64,000 nt of DNA from Mobula hypostoma (Eukaryota), in assembly GCF_963921235.1 (NCBI RefSeq), contig NC_086110.1:44640001-44704000 (forward strand), given 5' to 3'. This document shows positions 1-12,347 of the stretch, in pieces (position 1 is the stretch's first letter; each line of letters begins with the position of its first letter). The notes below the pieces were generated by a model that worked only from the letters and a program-made list of their open reading frames with translations, searched no databases and was not told where the DNA came from. The position numbers were made by a program, and so were the translations under genes.

Positions 1-264
1 CGGTGCCTAGGACTATGAGGGAATCGTTTCAGAATATGGAGTTGCTATTTTCAGGCAGAGATGTAGAGGCTTACTGCCAGAGGCCTGTGAATCTTTAGAA
101 TTCTCTGATCCAGACTGAGTCATTGGATGTAGTGTGATGGAGAATGACAAACAATTAAACTATGGAGGAGTTGGGGAGAGAGCGGACACCAAGATTGGAT
201 CACCCACTTATGTTCTTATTTTTAAAATGTTTTATGTTCAATTTACTGCCTTAAATCCACATAC

Positions 265-339
265 CTTATCATCCAACTTCTTAGCACAGAAGGCTAATTC
301 CACATAACCATTGTTTCCATTTATTTCCTCCGCAATAAC
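265..339 (-). CDS. CPNE7: Copine-7-like coding exon (probable exon 4, C2A/C2B junction), 75 bp: [25 protein letters not shown]
   Basis: Acceptor ctcacag|GTT at 340-341 and donor AAG|gtatgt at 264. Phase 0. Resembles CPNE7 [25 protein letters not shown]. Confidence 0.92.
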
Positions 340-2370
340 CTGTGAGCATAAACAGGAAAAGACAATGCATGATTGTTACATTAGAATTAGGCAAATCTCA
401 CAGTTTACACAATGGATTGAAAAACTGGAGAATGGTGAAAGTCCAATTGTTCATAAAGAGAACCAGTCACCAAAATGATAATTGTATATGAGAATTAAAG
501 GCATACTTCAAAGCAATTGCCGTCACCTGACTGATTCTGTGGAAGAGGATATTATGGAGATATCAGTGTTGGCCACTATTATAGCTCAAACCATATAGTA
601 ACTTGTGGATACGGTTGTTTAGCTTGAAAATCAGCAGGATGAAGTTTGCATTGCTTTGTACAAGAAGTAGTACAATATAGTATCTCTCTCTCTCTGAGAT
701 TCAACATCCAGACAGGTTCTCACATGAATATGACGCATTTAGATGACAAGTGCTCATGGAATTCCCTAGAACCATGTATGTCTTGTCCCTTTTTGTAGAA
801 TTTTCATGACTCATAAGTTTTAATCTTGGCCTTAAAAGAGCATTCAGCCCGTTGTGCCTGTTCGGTCATTCATTAAGTTCCTGCCTGATCTTTTAGTTCA
901 GCGCCACTTCCTTCTGCAGTGCTCACAATTCTGCCGTTCCATAACTATCTAAAAATCTACCGGACTCTGCCTTGATAAAACACAGTGACTTCCTCAAAGG
1001 CCTTCTTGAGTAGAGAACTGCAACGATGCACAACGGTCTGGAAGAAGCTTATTCCCAGCTCAGTCACAAACCTTTGAGGCCAAATTACCACATTGCTCTA
1101 AAAGCTAATCAATGCAAGGATGGTGTACAGATTTTAATTATCACTGTAAAGTTTAAAGAATGTTTCTCTTCACTTTTTCTTTTTTTCCCTTTATCTCTCT
1201 CTCAAGTCATTTCACCTACTTTATATAATATTATGTTACCTGCCATTAAAATGGACTATTCCAACCACCATCTAGTTCACATACGACAATATGAATTTTA
1301 TCTTTAAAGAATGGATGCATTGTACTTGGTGAACTGTTAGATATCAGGAATGAAAGCAGTTAGCCATGGTGTTCCTTCGTAACCTGGTACAGTTATCCTT
1401 TCAATGAATGGGTCACCTCTGCTTGGAAGTATGATCTGCAAAGTTTCAATCTCATGCTGTGTCACTTTCCATTCTGTCAGAATCACTCATTTCAAGTACA
1501 ACATCATATCATCCTGACAAATAGACTCCTCAATCTCATGCTCCAAGAAACCACATTAATTTCCTCAACTTTTGTGTCCTTGATAAGGGATCTGAAACTT
1601 TTCCAGATGAAAGATTACAGTAAGTAGTTTCTTCTCAATTTGTGCATAATGCCTCTCTCCTTTCAGCAGATTTACTTTTATTTGCTATTTTGTAATTCTC
1701 CCAGAAAGAACCACAACATCAGTTCTTTCTCATCATTAATATGCTGAAGTACCACAACATAGACAACCAGCTAGATTTTGACAGCAACTCTTAATGCTGT
1801 CCAAAAGCAAACTGTCACACTGGCTGTCTCCCTAACTCGTTCACCTTCTTGTTCATGACATCCAGCCGACAGCATTTCACTCCCACCTCCATGCATCACA
1901 TTCTGCATAACCTGCAGAACACGTTCATCTGGGTGACCAGCATGCAAACACCTGTTGGCCTCAGCGTTTTCCTTTACCGTCTTGATTGCTGTTGGATCTG
2001 GCTTTAGGTTATCACTGGTGACCATGTGAAGATTTCTTTCATTTAGAACTTCAGTCATTGTTTGCTCATCTTCACCTGTCTCTTTCGACTTCTGATTATT
2101 TAGGGCTCTAGACTCTGGTTCAAGATCTAATTCAACAATTTCTGCATCCTCAAAGAACGGTACGTTAAATCAGATTAATTATTAACATTGAGTACTTCCC
2201 ACCAAGACAGCACACACCTGTCTGAAATTCCACTAGAAACTGGTAATACTTGATTATATTTTTTCCACTTATATCGACTGAACAATATACTGAAGCCCCT
2301 GACCCCAAGCTATACATGCAAAAACCTATACTCTAAGTGCTCACTGAAATATTTTACCATACTTAAACCT

Positions 2371-2592
2371 TGCTGTGTATTTAATATTTCAGCAATATTT
2401 GAGTAATATCGTAAATATATTGTTTTATTAAGCACTCTGTTGTTTACATAATTCATTACAGGTCATATGTAAAAGTGCATGAAAGACATACGTCATGACA
2501 TCACCGCATCATGTGTGCGTGACCCACTTAAAGTAAAAACATTTTCCCCATGTTTTTCTTTAGATTAGTTTCTGGAGTTACAAAACATAGCG
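2371..2592 (+). repeat. Possible degenerate solo LTR
   Basis: Starts TGCTGTGTAT, has an AAGTAAA signal and ends ...GGAGTTACAAAACATAGC. No TSD resolved. Confidence 0.3.
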
Positions 2593-3374
2593 ATCTGACA
2601 AAACATCTTCCATTGCCTTCAAAGGATAGGGGCTCCTCTTCTGAGAACCTCAGAGTGAATGCTACTTTGACAGCTTTCATCAACACTCAATGGCCAACAT
2701 CCCCAACCCCCAACTTTCTCCTCTCTGCAACTTAAAACATGCTCAATTTCTCACTTTGAATGAATTCCTGATCTGAAATGTCAACTGTTTCCCTCCCCAC
2801 AGATGCTGCTTGACGTGTTGAGTGCTTCTAGAGATATAGAACATTGTAGCACAGAAACAGGCCCTGTGACTGATGTAGTCACTGCCGAATTGTTATTCTG
2901 AGTATTTTTTTAACTATTTTTGTTTTGGATTTCCAGCTTCTGCCTTTTTTTTCAAAAAAACCCTCTATTTACTAGCAAAGGCACTTTGCTCATGCAGCTA
3001 CTTCCAACCGTCTTCAACATTGTTTTCTTTCCAACTGCCTCAATACGAGAAGCCATTCATCACATGAAAGAATCGTTAAAGAGATGAAAGCATTAAAGAA
3101 AAATATATGCTGTATATTTGCTGATCGATATTATACATCATTCTACCTCAGTTATAACCTGCCTTTAGGGAAACAAGCCCAACATCTCCTGCAAAATCAA
3201 ATAACTTGGATTCCCACCCTTCACTGAAACTCAGGAATTAGACAAGCCCTTCCCACTCCCATATACGCAGGAGAGCCTGCAGGTTTTTGATGTGGTAATG
3301 CTCCTTCACTGATTGGAAATCAATACTCATGATCAGAGTGACTGCCAGACTGAGAGCCAGCACTGTGGGGGGAA

Positions 3375-3803
3375 ATATCAAGACTTTGGGACTGTATTCT
3401 TTAGAAAATAGAAAATTACGAGGAGATTTGATAGAGATATACAAATTTATGAAGGATATAGATAGGGTAAATGCAAGCAGAGTTTTTCCACTGAGGTTGG
3501 GTGAGACTACAACTAGAGGTCACGGGTTAAGGGTGAAAGGTGAGAAGTTTAAGGGGAACATGAGGGGAGACTTCTTCACTCAGAGTGTCGTGAGAGTGTG
3601 GAATGAACTGCCAGCACATGTGGTGCCTGTGAGCTCAATTTCAACGTGAAAGAGAAGTTTGGAATAGGTTTATGGATGGTGGGGGTATGGAGGGCTACGG
3701 TCCCAGTGCAGGTCGATGGGAGTAGGCAGTTTAAATGGTTTCAGCACGGACTAGATGGGGTAAAGGGCCTGTTTCTGTGCTGTACTTCTCTATGACTATG
3801 ATT
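3375..3803 (+). mobile_element. CR1 LINE 3' end
   Basis: LGLYSLENRKLRGDLIEIYK...FFTQSVVRVWNELP; (ctatga)n tail. Confidence 0.88.
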
Positions 3804-4619
3804 CCTAGCTTTCCCACTAGAACCTCCACCTCGCTACGAACAACTCCACATTAAAGCCTGGCTCAGGAAGAATTCCCCAGTTGAATTAGTTAGTGAGATA
3901 GAGATATACGTGACCTTTAACACAAATCTCTCCAGAGGACCAAATACAGCCATTTCCAGCGTTAAAAGCCCTAGAAAGTCAATATAATCAACAGCCAAAG
4001 CCATTTCTAATAGGGCTTACAAACACTCCTATTCATTGACATTGTATGAGGATCAATTCCAAATAAGGTTCTTGCAATACTTTATGAAAGTCAAATATCA
4101 AATAAAAATCATTTTAAGGGTTTTCTACTTGTACATATATTCATATATATCAAGGGGAAACGAGTATAGTGTAAGAAAGCTATGCCATACTAAGTGTTCA
4201 AAGTTTGCAATCACCTAGAAGATCTCAGTAGATTCTTGGTGCCTTTTATGGTTTTTGCCTTCTTTCCCTGTCTGTAAGATGTGGTTTCAATCCCTTTACC
4301 TTTCAATTGCCATGTCACCCATTCGGTATGGATCTGCCTCTGCTACTCTGCTTTGTCCATCTACTTTCATGTCAATTTTTCTATTTGCTCAATGTGAATC
4401 TAGTCATCTTCCAGGCCTCATCAATTCCAGTGCTTAGCAAAACAGCAAACGTTCAGCATATCAGCTGTGAAATTTCCACCAAAAGAAATTCGATTTGGGG
4501 CACCGTCGAGATCAGCTCTGAAAGTTCCCAAGCCCATTGACCTGCAAGTTCAGAGTAAAATAGGCAACGATTTTCAATTTTATTGATGTACGACCCCAGA
4601 AGACAATTGACATCATTGG

Positions 4620-5118
4620 ATTTGTCCATCACAGGTAAAGCCCTCCCCACCATTAATCACATCTACATGGCACGCTGTCGCAGGAAAGCAGCATCCATCA
4701 TCAGGGACCCCACCATCCAGGTCATGCTCTCTTCTCATTGCTGCCGTCAGGAAGAAGCCCAAGTGCTCACACCACCAGGTCTAGGAACAGCTATTACTCC
4801 TCAATCATCGGGGATAACTTCACTCTAATGTTCCCACAACCTACAGACTCACTTACAAGGACTCTTCATCTCATGTTCTCCATATTTATTGTTCATTTAT
4901 TTATTTGTTTGTTTGTTTAGTTATTTATTTTTATTTCTTTTTTTTCCTATTTGCACAGTTTGTTGTCTTTTGTTCACTGGTTGAACACCCAATTGGTGCA
5001 TTCACTCATTGATTCTATAAATGTGATTATTCTCCAGACTCATAGAGTATGCCCACAAGAAAATGAATTTCAGGTGACACATATGTACTTTGATAATAAA
5101 TTTATTTTGAATTTTAAA
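4620..5118 (+). mobile_element. Rex1/Babar-like LINE 3' end
   Basis: ITGKALPTI...CRRKAASIIRDP, homologous to 14150-14655; AATAAA tail. Confidence 0.75.
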
Positions 5119-5384
5119 CATTAGAACCAAGTACAATTAGGAAGCATTTCCTCATGAAAATTCATATTGGAAATTCGTTAATTAATTTCTCCAAAACATT
5201 GAGCAAAATCAAAAACAGTCCTTTCCAAACCCTAGGCCCATAATTCAAGTCAGACAACAATTGGTTGCATAGCAAAGGAAATGGGATGACCTTGCTTAGA
5301 GTTTATATCAGGTGGAAGCAGTAAATGTCAATGGGATTAGTCACCCGTTCTGGTACAGCCAGAAATGAACCATCCTACGCTGGG

Positions 5385-6120
5385 CTCACTTGGGGCTGTG
5401 GGTGAATTCAGTGATTGCAAAGGTATGTTTAGAAAACCACTTGGTAGGCTGCACTTGGAGCCTGTGTGCAGTTTTGGTCAGCCCATTTCTGGAAGGATGG
5501 GGAGGCCTCACCAGGAAGCTGCCTGGATAAGAGAGTATGAGCTATAAGGAGAGGTTGTATAAACATGGCGACACACACGAGATGCTGGAGTAGCTCAGCA
5601 GGGCAGGCAGCAGCTATGGAAAAGAGTATAGTCAACGATTCAGGCCGAGACCCTTCAGTTTGACGTCAACTGTTCCCCTTTCCATAGATGCTGCCCGGCC
5701 TGCTGAGTTCCTCCAGCATTTTGTGTGTGTTGCTGGGATTTCCAGCATCTGCAGATTTTCTCTTGTTTGCATAAACATGGATTGTTTTTTTCCTGGAGCA
5801 GCAGAGGCTGAGAGGAGTCTTGATAGAAAATTTATAGAATTGTGAGGCGTACACAGGGTGGACAGCCAGAATTCTTTTACCAGTCAAGCACTAGCAGGCA
5901 TAGCTTTAAGGTGAGAGGGGGTAAAGTTCAAAGGAAATGTGCAGGGCAAGTATTTTTACACAGAGGGCAATAGTGATGTTCAAGTTGTATTTTAGACAGG
6001 TACATGAATCGAGAGATATTGATCATGTACAGGCAAAAGAGGTTAGTTTAATTTGCCATCACACGCTGCCGAGGCATCATGAGCTGCAAGGCCTACTCTA
6101 GTCCTGTGCTGTGATCTAAT
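5385..6120 (+). mobile_element. Old CR1 3' fragment interrupted by a PLE-derived hairpin insertion
   Basis: Remnants of LVRPHLEYCVQFW and RLRGDLIE coding sequence flank the 5569-5770 insertion. Confidence 0.7.
5569..5770. mobile_element. PLE-derived fold-back element (older hairpin)
   Basis: Imperfect inverted pLTR arms. 10-bp TSD ATAAACATGG at 5559-5568 and 5771-5780. Confidence 0.88.
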
Positions 6121-7249
6121 CGTGGACAAGGGCTTGAGACTAGTGAAACAGTGCAGTTGTTGATTTAAACCAAATCCTATCCAGAACAGGCGGATGCACT
6201 GGATGAATAGTGCATTCTGATGATCACAACGAGGATCTCAGACATCACGATAGGCTTTCATTCTGACTTTGAAATTATAGATTAACCATCTGTTTTAGTG
6301 TCAGAAATATCTATTGGGGGAGAAGAAATACGGCGACAATTTATCCTGTTTATCCAGTCTAATTTTGCCTCATTTAGGTTCCTCCATATATCTAAAAGTA
6401 CTGAGAACCTTTCCTTTAATCCTGCTTTCATTTCAGCAGGGTGTAACAACATGTAGTGACAGTAAATAAGAACACTGAGCAGAAATCTGGATAATCACAT
6501 GGCAGCAGCTTATGTTTTTCTGTTGAGAAAAGTACATGGAAACCCTGAGTGCAATAAAGCAAATTAAAAATAACAATACTACCCATGATGAGACCCCTTA
6601 ATTACAGCCACTTTAATTAACTTGTCTGGTCTAACATTTGAGACAGAAGTGGACAATAATAAATGTCATCTACAAACAACTAGCTAATCTAGTTTACGAC
6701 TCATTAGGGGTACAAAACTGTGAGGCACAATTTGCTTGATTTTGTGCATGGAGTAGTTGGCATCCACTTTGTTTTGATTTTGAGTAGCACCATCAAGAGT
6801 AAGTTGGGCAGGCAGGGGGATAGGAGAGGGCTGAAGAAGCATTAAAAAAAAAGGACTTCTCAGCACTCTCAAGCCAATGCCTGCTTTGATGCAATTTCAG
6901 CACAAAAATTAATATTATTCCTTGTGATTTGTTCAGCTTTGCAGATTATTCTCTGAGAATTTTGGAAATATTACTTCAGTGAAGGATACTACTTGGCCCA
7001 TCAAGACTATGTTGGTCTGAGTAAAGCATTCCTATTGGTCCCATTCCCTGCTCTTTCACGGAACAGACTCAACGGGCCAAATGGACTAATTCTGCTTCCT
7101 TGTCTTATGGTCTTTCCCAATGTCGTGCAAATTGTACTCCCTCAAACACTTTTCCAATCCCTTTTAAAAGTTGTTTGTGTCTGTTTACATCAGTTTTTTA
7201 GGCAGTAATTTTCTACCACAGTTTTCTAAGCATATACCATGTCTCCTAA

Positions 7250-7597
7250 AAGTTAGTTTAAGTTCAAAGTAAATTTATTATCAAAGTACCTACTGCATAC
7301 ATCACCCTATACAACCCCGAGATTCAATTTCTTGCGGGCATACTCAGTAAATCCAAGAAACATTTTTAAAAAATTGAAAGACCACAAACAACAGGACAGA
7401 CAAACAATCAGTGCGCAAAAGACAATAGACTATGTAAATATAAAAGAAAAAAACAGAAATAATGATAAAAATAAATAAATACCGAGAACATGAGAGGAAG
7501 AATCCATGAAAGTGAGTACATAGGTTGTGGGAACGTTCAGTGCTGGGGTAAGTGAAGTTATCCCCACTGGTTCAAGAGCCTGATGGTTGAGGGGAAA
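7250..7597 (-). mobile_element. Rex1/Babar-like LINE 3' UTR remnant
   Basis: The reverse complement ends in gataataaatttactttgaact, like the other Rex-type tails in the window. Confidence 0.6.
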
Positions 7598-7975
7598 TAT
7601 AGTTTATTGCATATATACTATATTACTATATGGAGTGGCTGAAAATTTTCAATGTTGCTGTATTCTATCAGATCCTTAATAAATCTAAATATCCTTGGAT
7701 AATGCAAAGGCTACCCAGAAAGCAGTCATTACTTTGTCTCATAATACAGTACATATGTAGTCTGTTTGATTACAGAAGTAATCCAATAAGACTTGTTCAT
7801 TGTTGTCTTTGTATAAATAATTTTAGTCTCGATCCTATCCTTCCCAACTATTCTGCAAGCACATTATTCCTCAAATATAGAGATCAACCCATACATAGAT
7901 TATACTGTGGCTCCAAAGCAATTTCATTCTTTTAATCAGCTCTGAAATTTATTTAAATTATTAAATAAACATATA

Positions 7976-8066
7976 CAGTACTGTGCAAAAGTCTTAGGGG
8001 TGTGTGTGTGTGTGTGTGTGCGTGTATATATATATATATGGGGTCTAAGACGTTTGCACAGTATTG
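7976..8066. mobile_element. Tiny Tc1/mariner-like MITE with a microsatellite core
   Basis: TIRs CAGTACTGTGCAAAAGTCTTAG / CTAAGACGTTTGCACAGTATTG flanked by TA on both sides; interior is (GT)n(TA)n. Confidence 0.7.
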
Positions 8067-8499
8067 TATTAGTCAATGTAGAGTGGAGAGCGAGTTTGTA
8101 GAAGCAAGGGATGTTGGGAAATGGCAAGGGTGGGGCACCATGGGAGGGGCTTGGGACAGGTGGCAGAGAAGGAGCGCCAGGACAGGGGGTGGTGTGGGTG
8201 CAGACACACCCAGCCCTAACACACCAGGCAAGTTACTGGAATTGCTAAAGAAATGCCAAAATATAAAACATACTAAATTTCTATTAATTAATTTTAAAAA
8301 TAAATATTCAATGAAAATAAAATAAACTGAAAAATGAGCTCAGCTTTTTAATGGAGGTTGTTGATCCCATTGGGATGAATTGGGCAGAGTGAGACATTTC
8401 AATTATGAAGGGTCAAGTACAAAGTGTATCCAGTCTGTCAGCACTTAAAACTACTGAATGCCCATGGACCCAGTCGTGACACAGGGATACACAGAGGTC

Positions 8500-9306
8500 T
8501 GGTCCCCAGCACGTTACAGTGCACAGGCGTGGAAGTACAGACCATTTTGACCATCATGGAATCATCTCCCTCTGCACATACATGGCTCCTCCATACAGAG
8601 AGCTGAGTGCACCAAGTTCTTGGGAGCTCACATCTTGAACGACCTCACCTGGTCCCTCAATATCACCTCCCTGAACAAGAAGGCACAGCACCACTTCCAC
8701 TTCCTGAGGAGGTTGAGGCAAGCGAGGCTCCCCCCCAACCCCCCACAACCCTCCATCTTAACAGAATTTTACAGGAGCACCATTGAGAGCGTCCTGACAA
8801 GCTGCTGGGTTGGGAGCTACAGAGCACTGGACCGGAAGTCCTCACAAAAGACTGAGAGAACAGCTGAGAGGATCATAGAGGTCTCCCTACCAAACAATGG
8901 GGACATTTATCAGAAGCGCTGAGTACACAGGGACCTTAGTATTCCACCCATCCATCTAGCATCCTCTTGGACATTCAACCATCAGGCAGGAGACTCTGAT
9001 TTATAAAAACAAGAATGGTCAGGATGGGAAACAGTTTCTTCCCTCAGCCATTAGGGTTCTGAACTCCCTGTCGCATCGTATTCGAAGTGTCAGCAGATAA
9101 CTTGTACTGTACCCTACAATATTTAACTTATGCCCTTTACTTTGTTTATCTATGCTTAACTCATTTGTAGATTTAATTCTTACTTTCCAAAGTTATTGTG
9201 TGTTATGTGTACTACTGTGCTTTACACTCTGGTCCAAAGAAATACTGTTTCATTTGGTGGTATACATGTATATAGTCAAAATGACAATAAACTTGACTTA
9301 ACTTGA
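8500..9306 (+). mobile_element. Rex1/Babar-like LINE 3' fragment
   Basis: LGAHILNDLTWSLNITSLNKKAQH..HFLRRL...FYRSTIESVLTSC; AATAAA plus (acttg)n tail. Confidence 0.8.
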
Positions 9307-10859
9307 TAGGCACTAAGCAGTGGGCCCTCCATTCTCCATGGAAGTGTCAATGTGCTCTACATATGTACATTCTGACCCACTTTCCTCAAATTTCTTCCTG
9401 TACCCCAAACTAAAATTGTTAACTCTTGGCCTTAGCTCCTTGAAAACAACACACTAGCATCCTTCACCCCAGATCCTTTGCCTCCAGATACATCAGTTCG
9501 GTTCTTGAACCAGTTTCTTATCCTCCATTACCTTCACTCCATGTCCCCTGTGAGAAACAACTTCCAATTTCCCATTCCATTCCAGCCACTCAACCTCAGA
9601 AAAGCTGTGTAAGGCTTCAGAATGGCTCATTCAATCTGTGAACAAGATTCATTCCACCGCAGCAATGAGGACATTCTAAACAACATTTAAACTTAAAACG
9701 TCAGATGGTGAGAACAGAGTTAATAATAATTAGTTGTTAATGCTATGGTAATTCATCCTTATTAAACCGGCCACATGGAAAGCACATTTATCATTAAAAT
9801 TTTCATTTTGCAATGCTCATTAAAAAGATCTTTGTTTTAATAAATCTGTGTAAGATAATAAGAGACGTGGGGTGTAAATTATCTTAATATTGCAGTTCAT
9901 TTATCCAGATTAACATTTTCTCAGAATGAGACCCTGAATGCTAACAGATATGATCCATCAAAGAGCCATCTTTTGCCTGATCCCGTTCTACCCAAAAATT
10001 ATTCCCTAATTTGCATCCTATTCTTATTTCACTCTCAAAATCTTACTGCTTCTTTACCTCACCTTTATATGAGTTCTGAATTACGATGTTTTTCATCTTC
10101 ATTTGATGAAGCTTAATTATCTCTATATTTAACTTGCTTCTCAAACTATTCTCCATTCCCTGTCTCTCTGTAAATAAAACAATTTCCATTTCAAATCCAC
10201 TTTCTTTATTTTAATGTTACACTTGATTCACTTAAACTCAATAGAAAACCACAGCACTAAGGGAGTCGGATGTGGAGCTGATTTGCCCTGCTTTGAACTA
10301 GGAATAAGGCTCCAGCAGAAAGGATGAATAACAGGTTTGGAAGAATCGCCTTACATTGTGTTAAAACACAGAGGGAGAAGTACTTGGTGTTTACCAAGTG
10401 TATCCATAGCAATGTAATATTCTCTGCTGTTAATCACATGGTAAAAACACACATAAAAATATGGCCTTAACATACTTATTGACCGTTCAATGTAAATTTA
10501 TTATCAAAGTATGTATATGTTACCATATACTATCTTGAACTTCATTTTCTTACAAGGAAAAAAATAGAATAGAATTTTACGAAAAACTTTACATAAGCAG
10601 ACATGGCCAGCAAACATCGACATGCCAAACCCCAATGGAACTTTGTCACTGTGCCCGCCCCCAGATCCCAGCGATCTATGTGCACTCTCCAGGAAGCTAT
10701 TATAACTGAAAATGTGAAAGGAGGAGTGTGATCAAAGATTAATGTATAAGAAGCAATACAGAAATTGTGAGACTGAGAATATTATGTGATATAGTAAATA
10801 ACTAATAAAATTCAAGCAAAGGTAATAATAAATGTATTGCCCGTGTAGAAAAGTCTCAG

Positions 10860-11865
10860 TAGATAGATAGATACTCTATTGATCCCAAAAATTACAGTGT
10901 CATTGTAGCATTGCAAGTGCACTGATACACAAACATACAAATATTAGATGAGAAGTAAGAAAAAATAAAACATAAGTTACCTCAAACAGTCTGACAGGAG
11001 GGGGTCATCACTTCCCTGGCTATAGGTTGACTCATTATAGAGCCTAAAGGCCGAGGGTAAGAATGACCTCATAGCACTCTTTGGAGCAGCGCAGTTGTCT
11101 TAAACTATCACTAAAAGCGCTCCTCTGATCAGCCAAAGTGGCAAGCGGAGAGTGAGAGTCATTGTCCAGAATTGCCAGGATTTTCTGTAGGGTCCTTTGT
11201 TCTACCACAGCCTCCACTGTGTCCAGTTTGACTCCTATAACAGAGCCAGCCTTTCTAATCAGTTTATTGAGCCTGTTGGCATCACCCGTGTTGATGCCAT
11301 TGCCCCGGCACACCACTGCATGGAAGTTTGTACTGGCAACAACAGACTGGTAGAAAGTGTGGAGGAGAGGCCTGTATACACCAAAGGACCTCATTCCCCT
11401 CAAAAAGTAGAGGAGACTCTGGCCCTTCTTGTACGCAGCCTCTGTCCTGGTGCTCCACTCAAGTCTGTCATCCAGGTGTACCCCCAGGTAATTGTAGGTC
11501 CTCATCACATCCACATCCTCACCATCAAGAGTAACAGGAGGAGTGCAGATTTAGTCTTCTTAAAGTCCATCATCATCTCCTTTGTTTACTGATGTCGAGC
11601 TGCAAATTATTCAGCTTGCACCATTTGACAAAGTCCTCCACCAGGGCCCTGTATTCATCCTCCTGTCCTCCCTTAATACACCCAGCTACTGCTGAGTCAT
11701 CAGAGAATTTCTGCAGATGACATGACTCAGTGTTGTATCTAAAGTCCGAGGTATACAGGGTAAACAGGAAAGGAGCCAATACAGTCCTCTGTGGGGCCCC
11801 AGTGCTGTTTACAGCCACGTCTGACACACAGCTCTGAAGCCACACAAACTGTGGTCTGCCAGTCA
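10860..11865 (-). mobile_element. Rex1/Babar-like LINE, 5'-truncated and degenerate
   Basis: TGAPQRTVLAPFLFTLYTSDFRYNTESCHLQKFSDDSA and YLGVHLDDRLEWS motifs; (tcta)n tail near 10861. Confidence 0.85.
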
Positions 11866-12347
11866 GTAGCAGAAAATACAAGCAAATGGTATTGCCTGTA
11901 CAGTACTGTATGAACAGAAGGTAACAATTAGAATAAAGACTGGAAAGAATGAAAAAGTGACCACGGAGAGAGTGTGATTGGCAGTTAAATTTTTGAAGCT
12001 CTGCGGCTGCATCTAGAAACAATGGGAAAGGGAGAGGGCGGGGTCGGGTACTGGGTGACGCTTGTGGACCAGCCACAGCAGATGCACATTACTCATACAT
12101 AAATGGACATTAACAACTATGAATGTGGCCATCAAAAAATGACCATGGAACAGTGCCAGACTGCAGAGGCAATGGAAGCAGTACAGCGATGCATCCTCTG
12201 TAATTATGACTCAATCACTTGAATGTAAAATTACAACTGTTTCTCTCTCATATGAAAAGAGCTCACCAATGAGACATTAAAATATCCAATCCGTTCTCAA
12301 GAATAATCAACAAACTCAATATGAAATATTTAAATCTTTCTCAGCTA

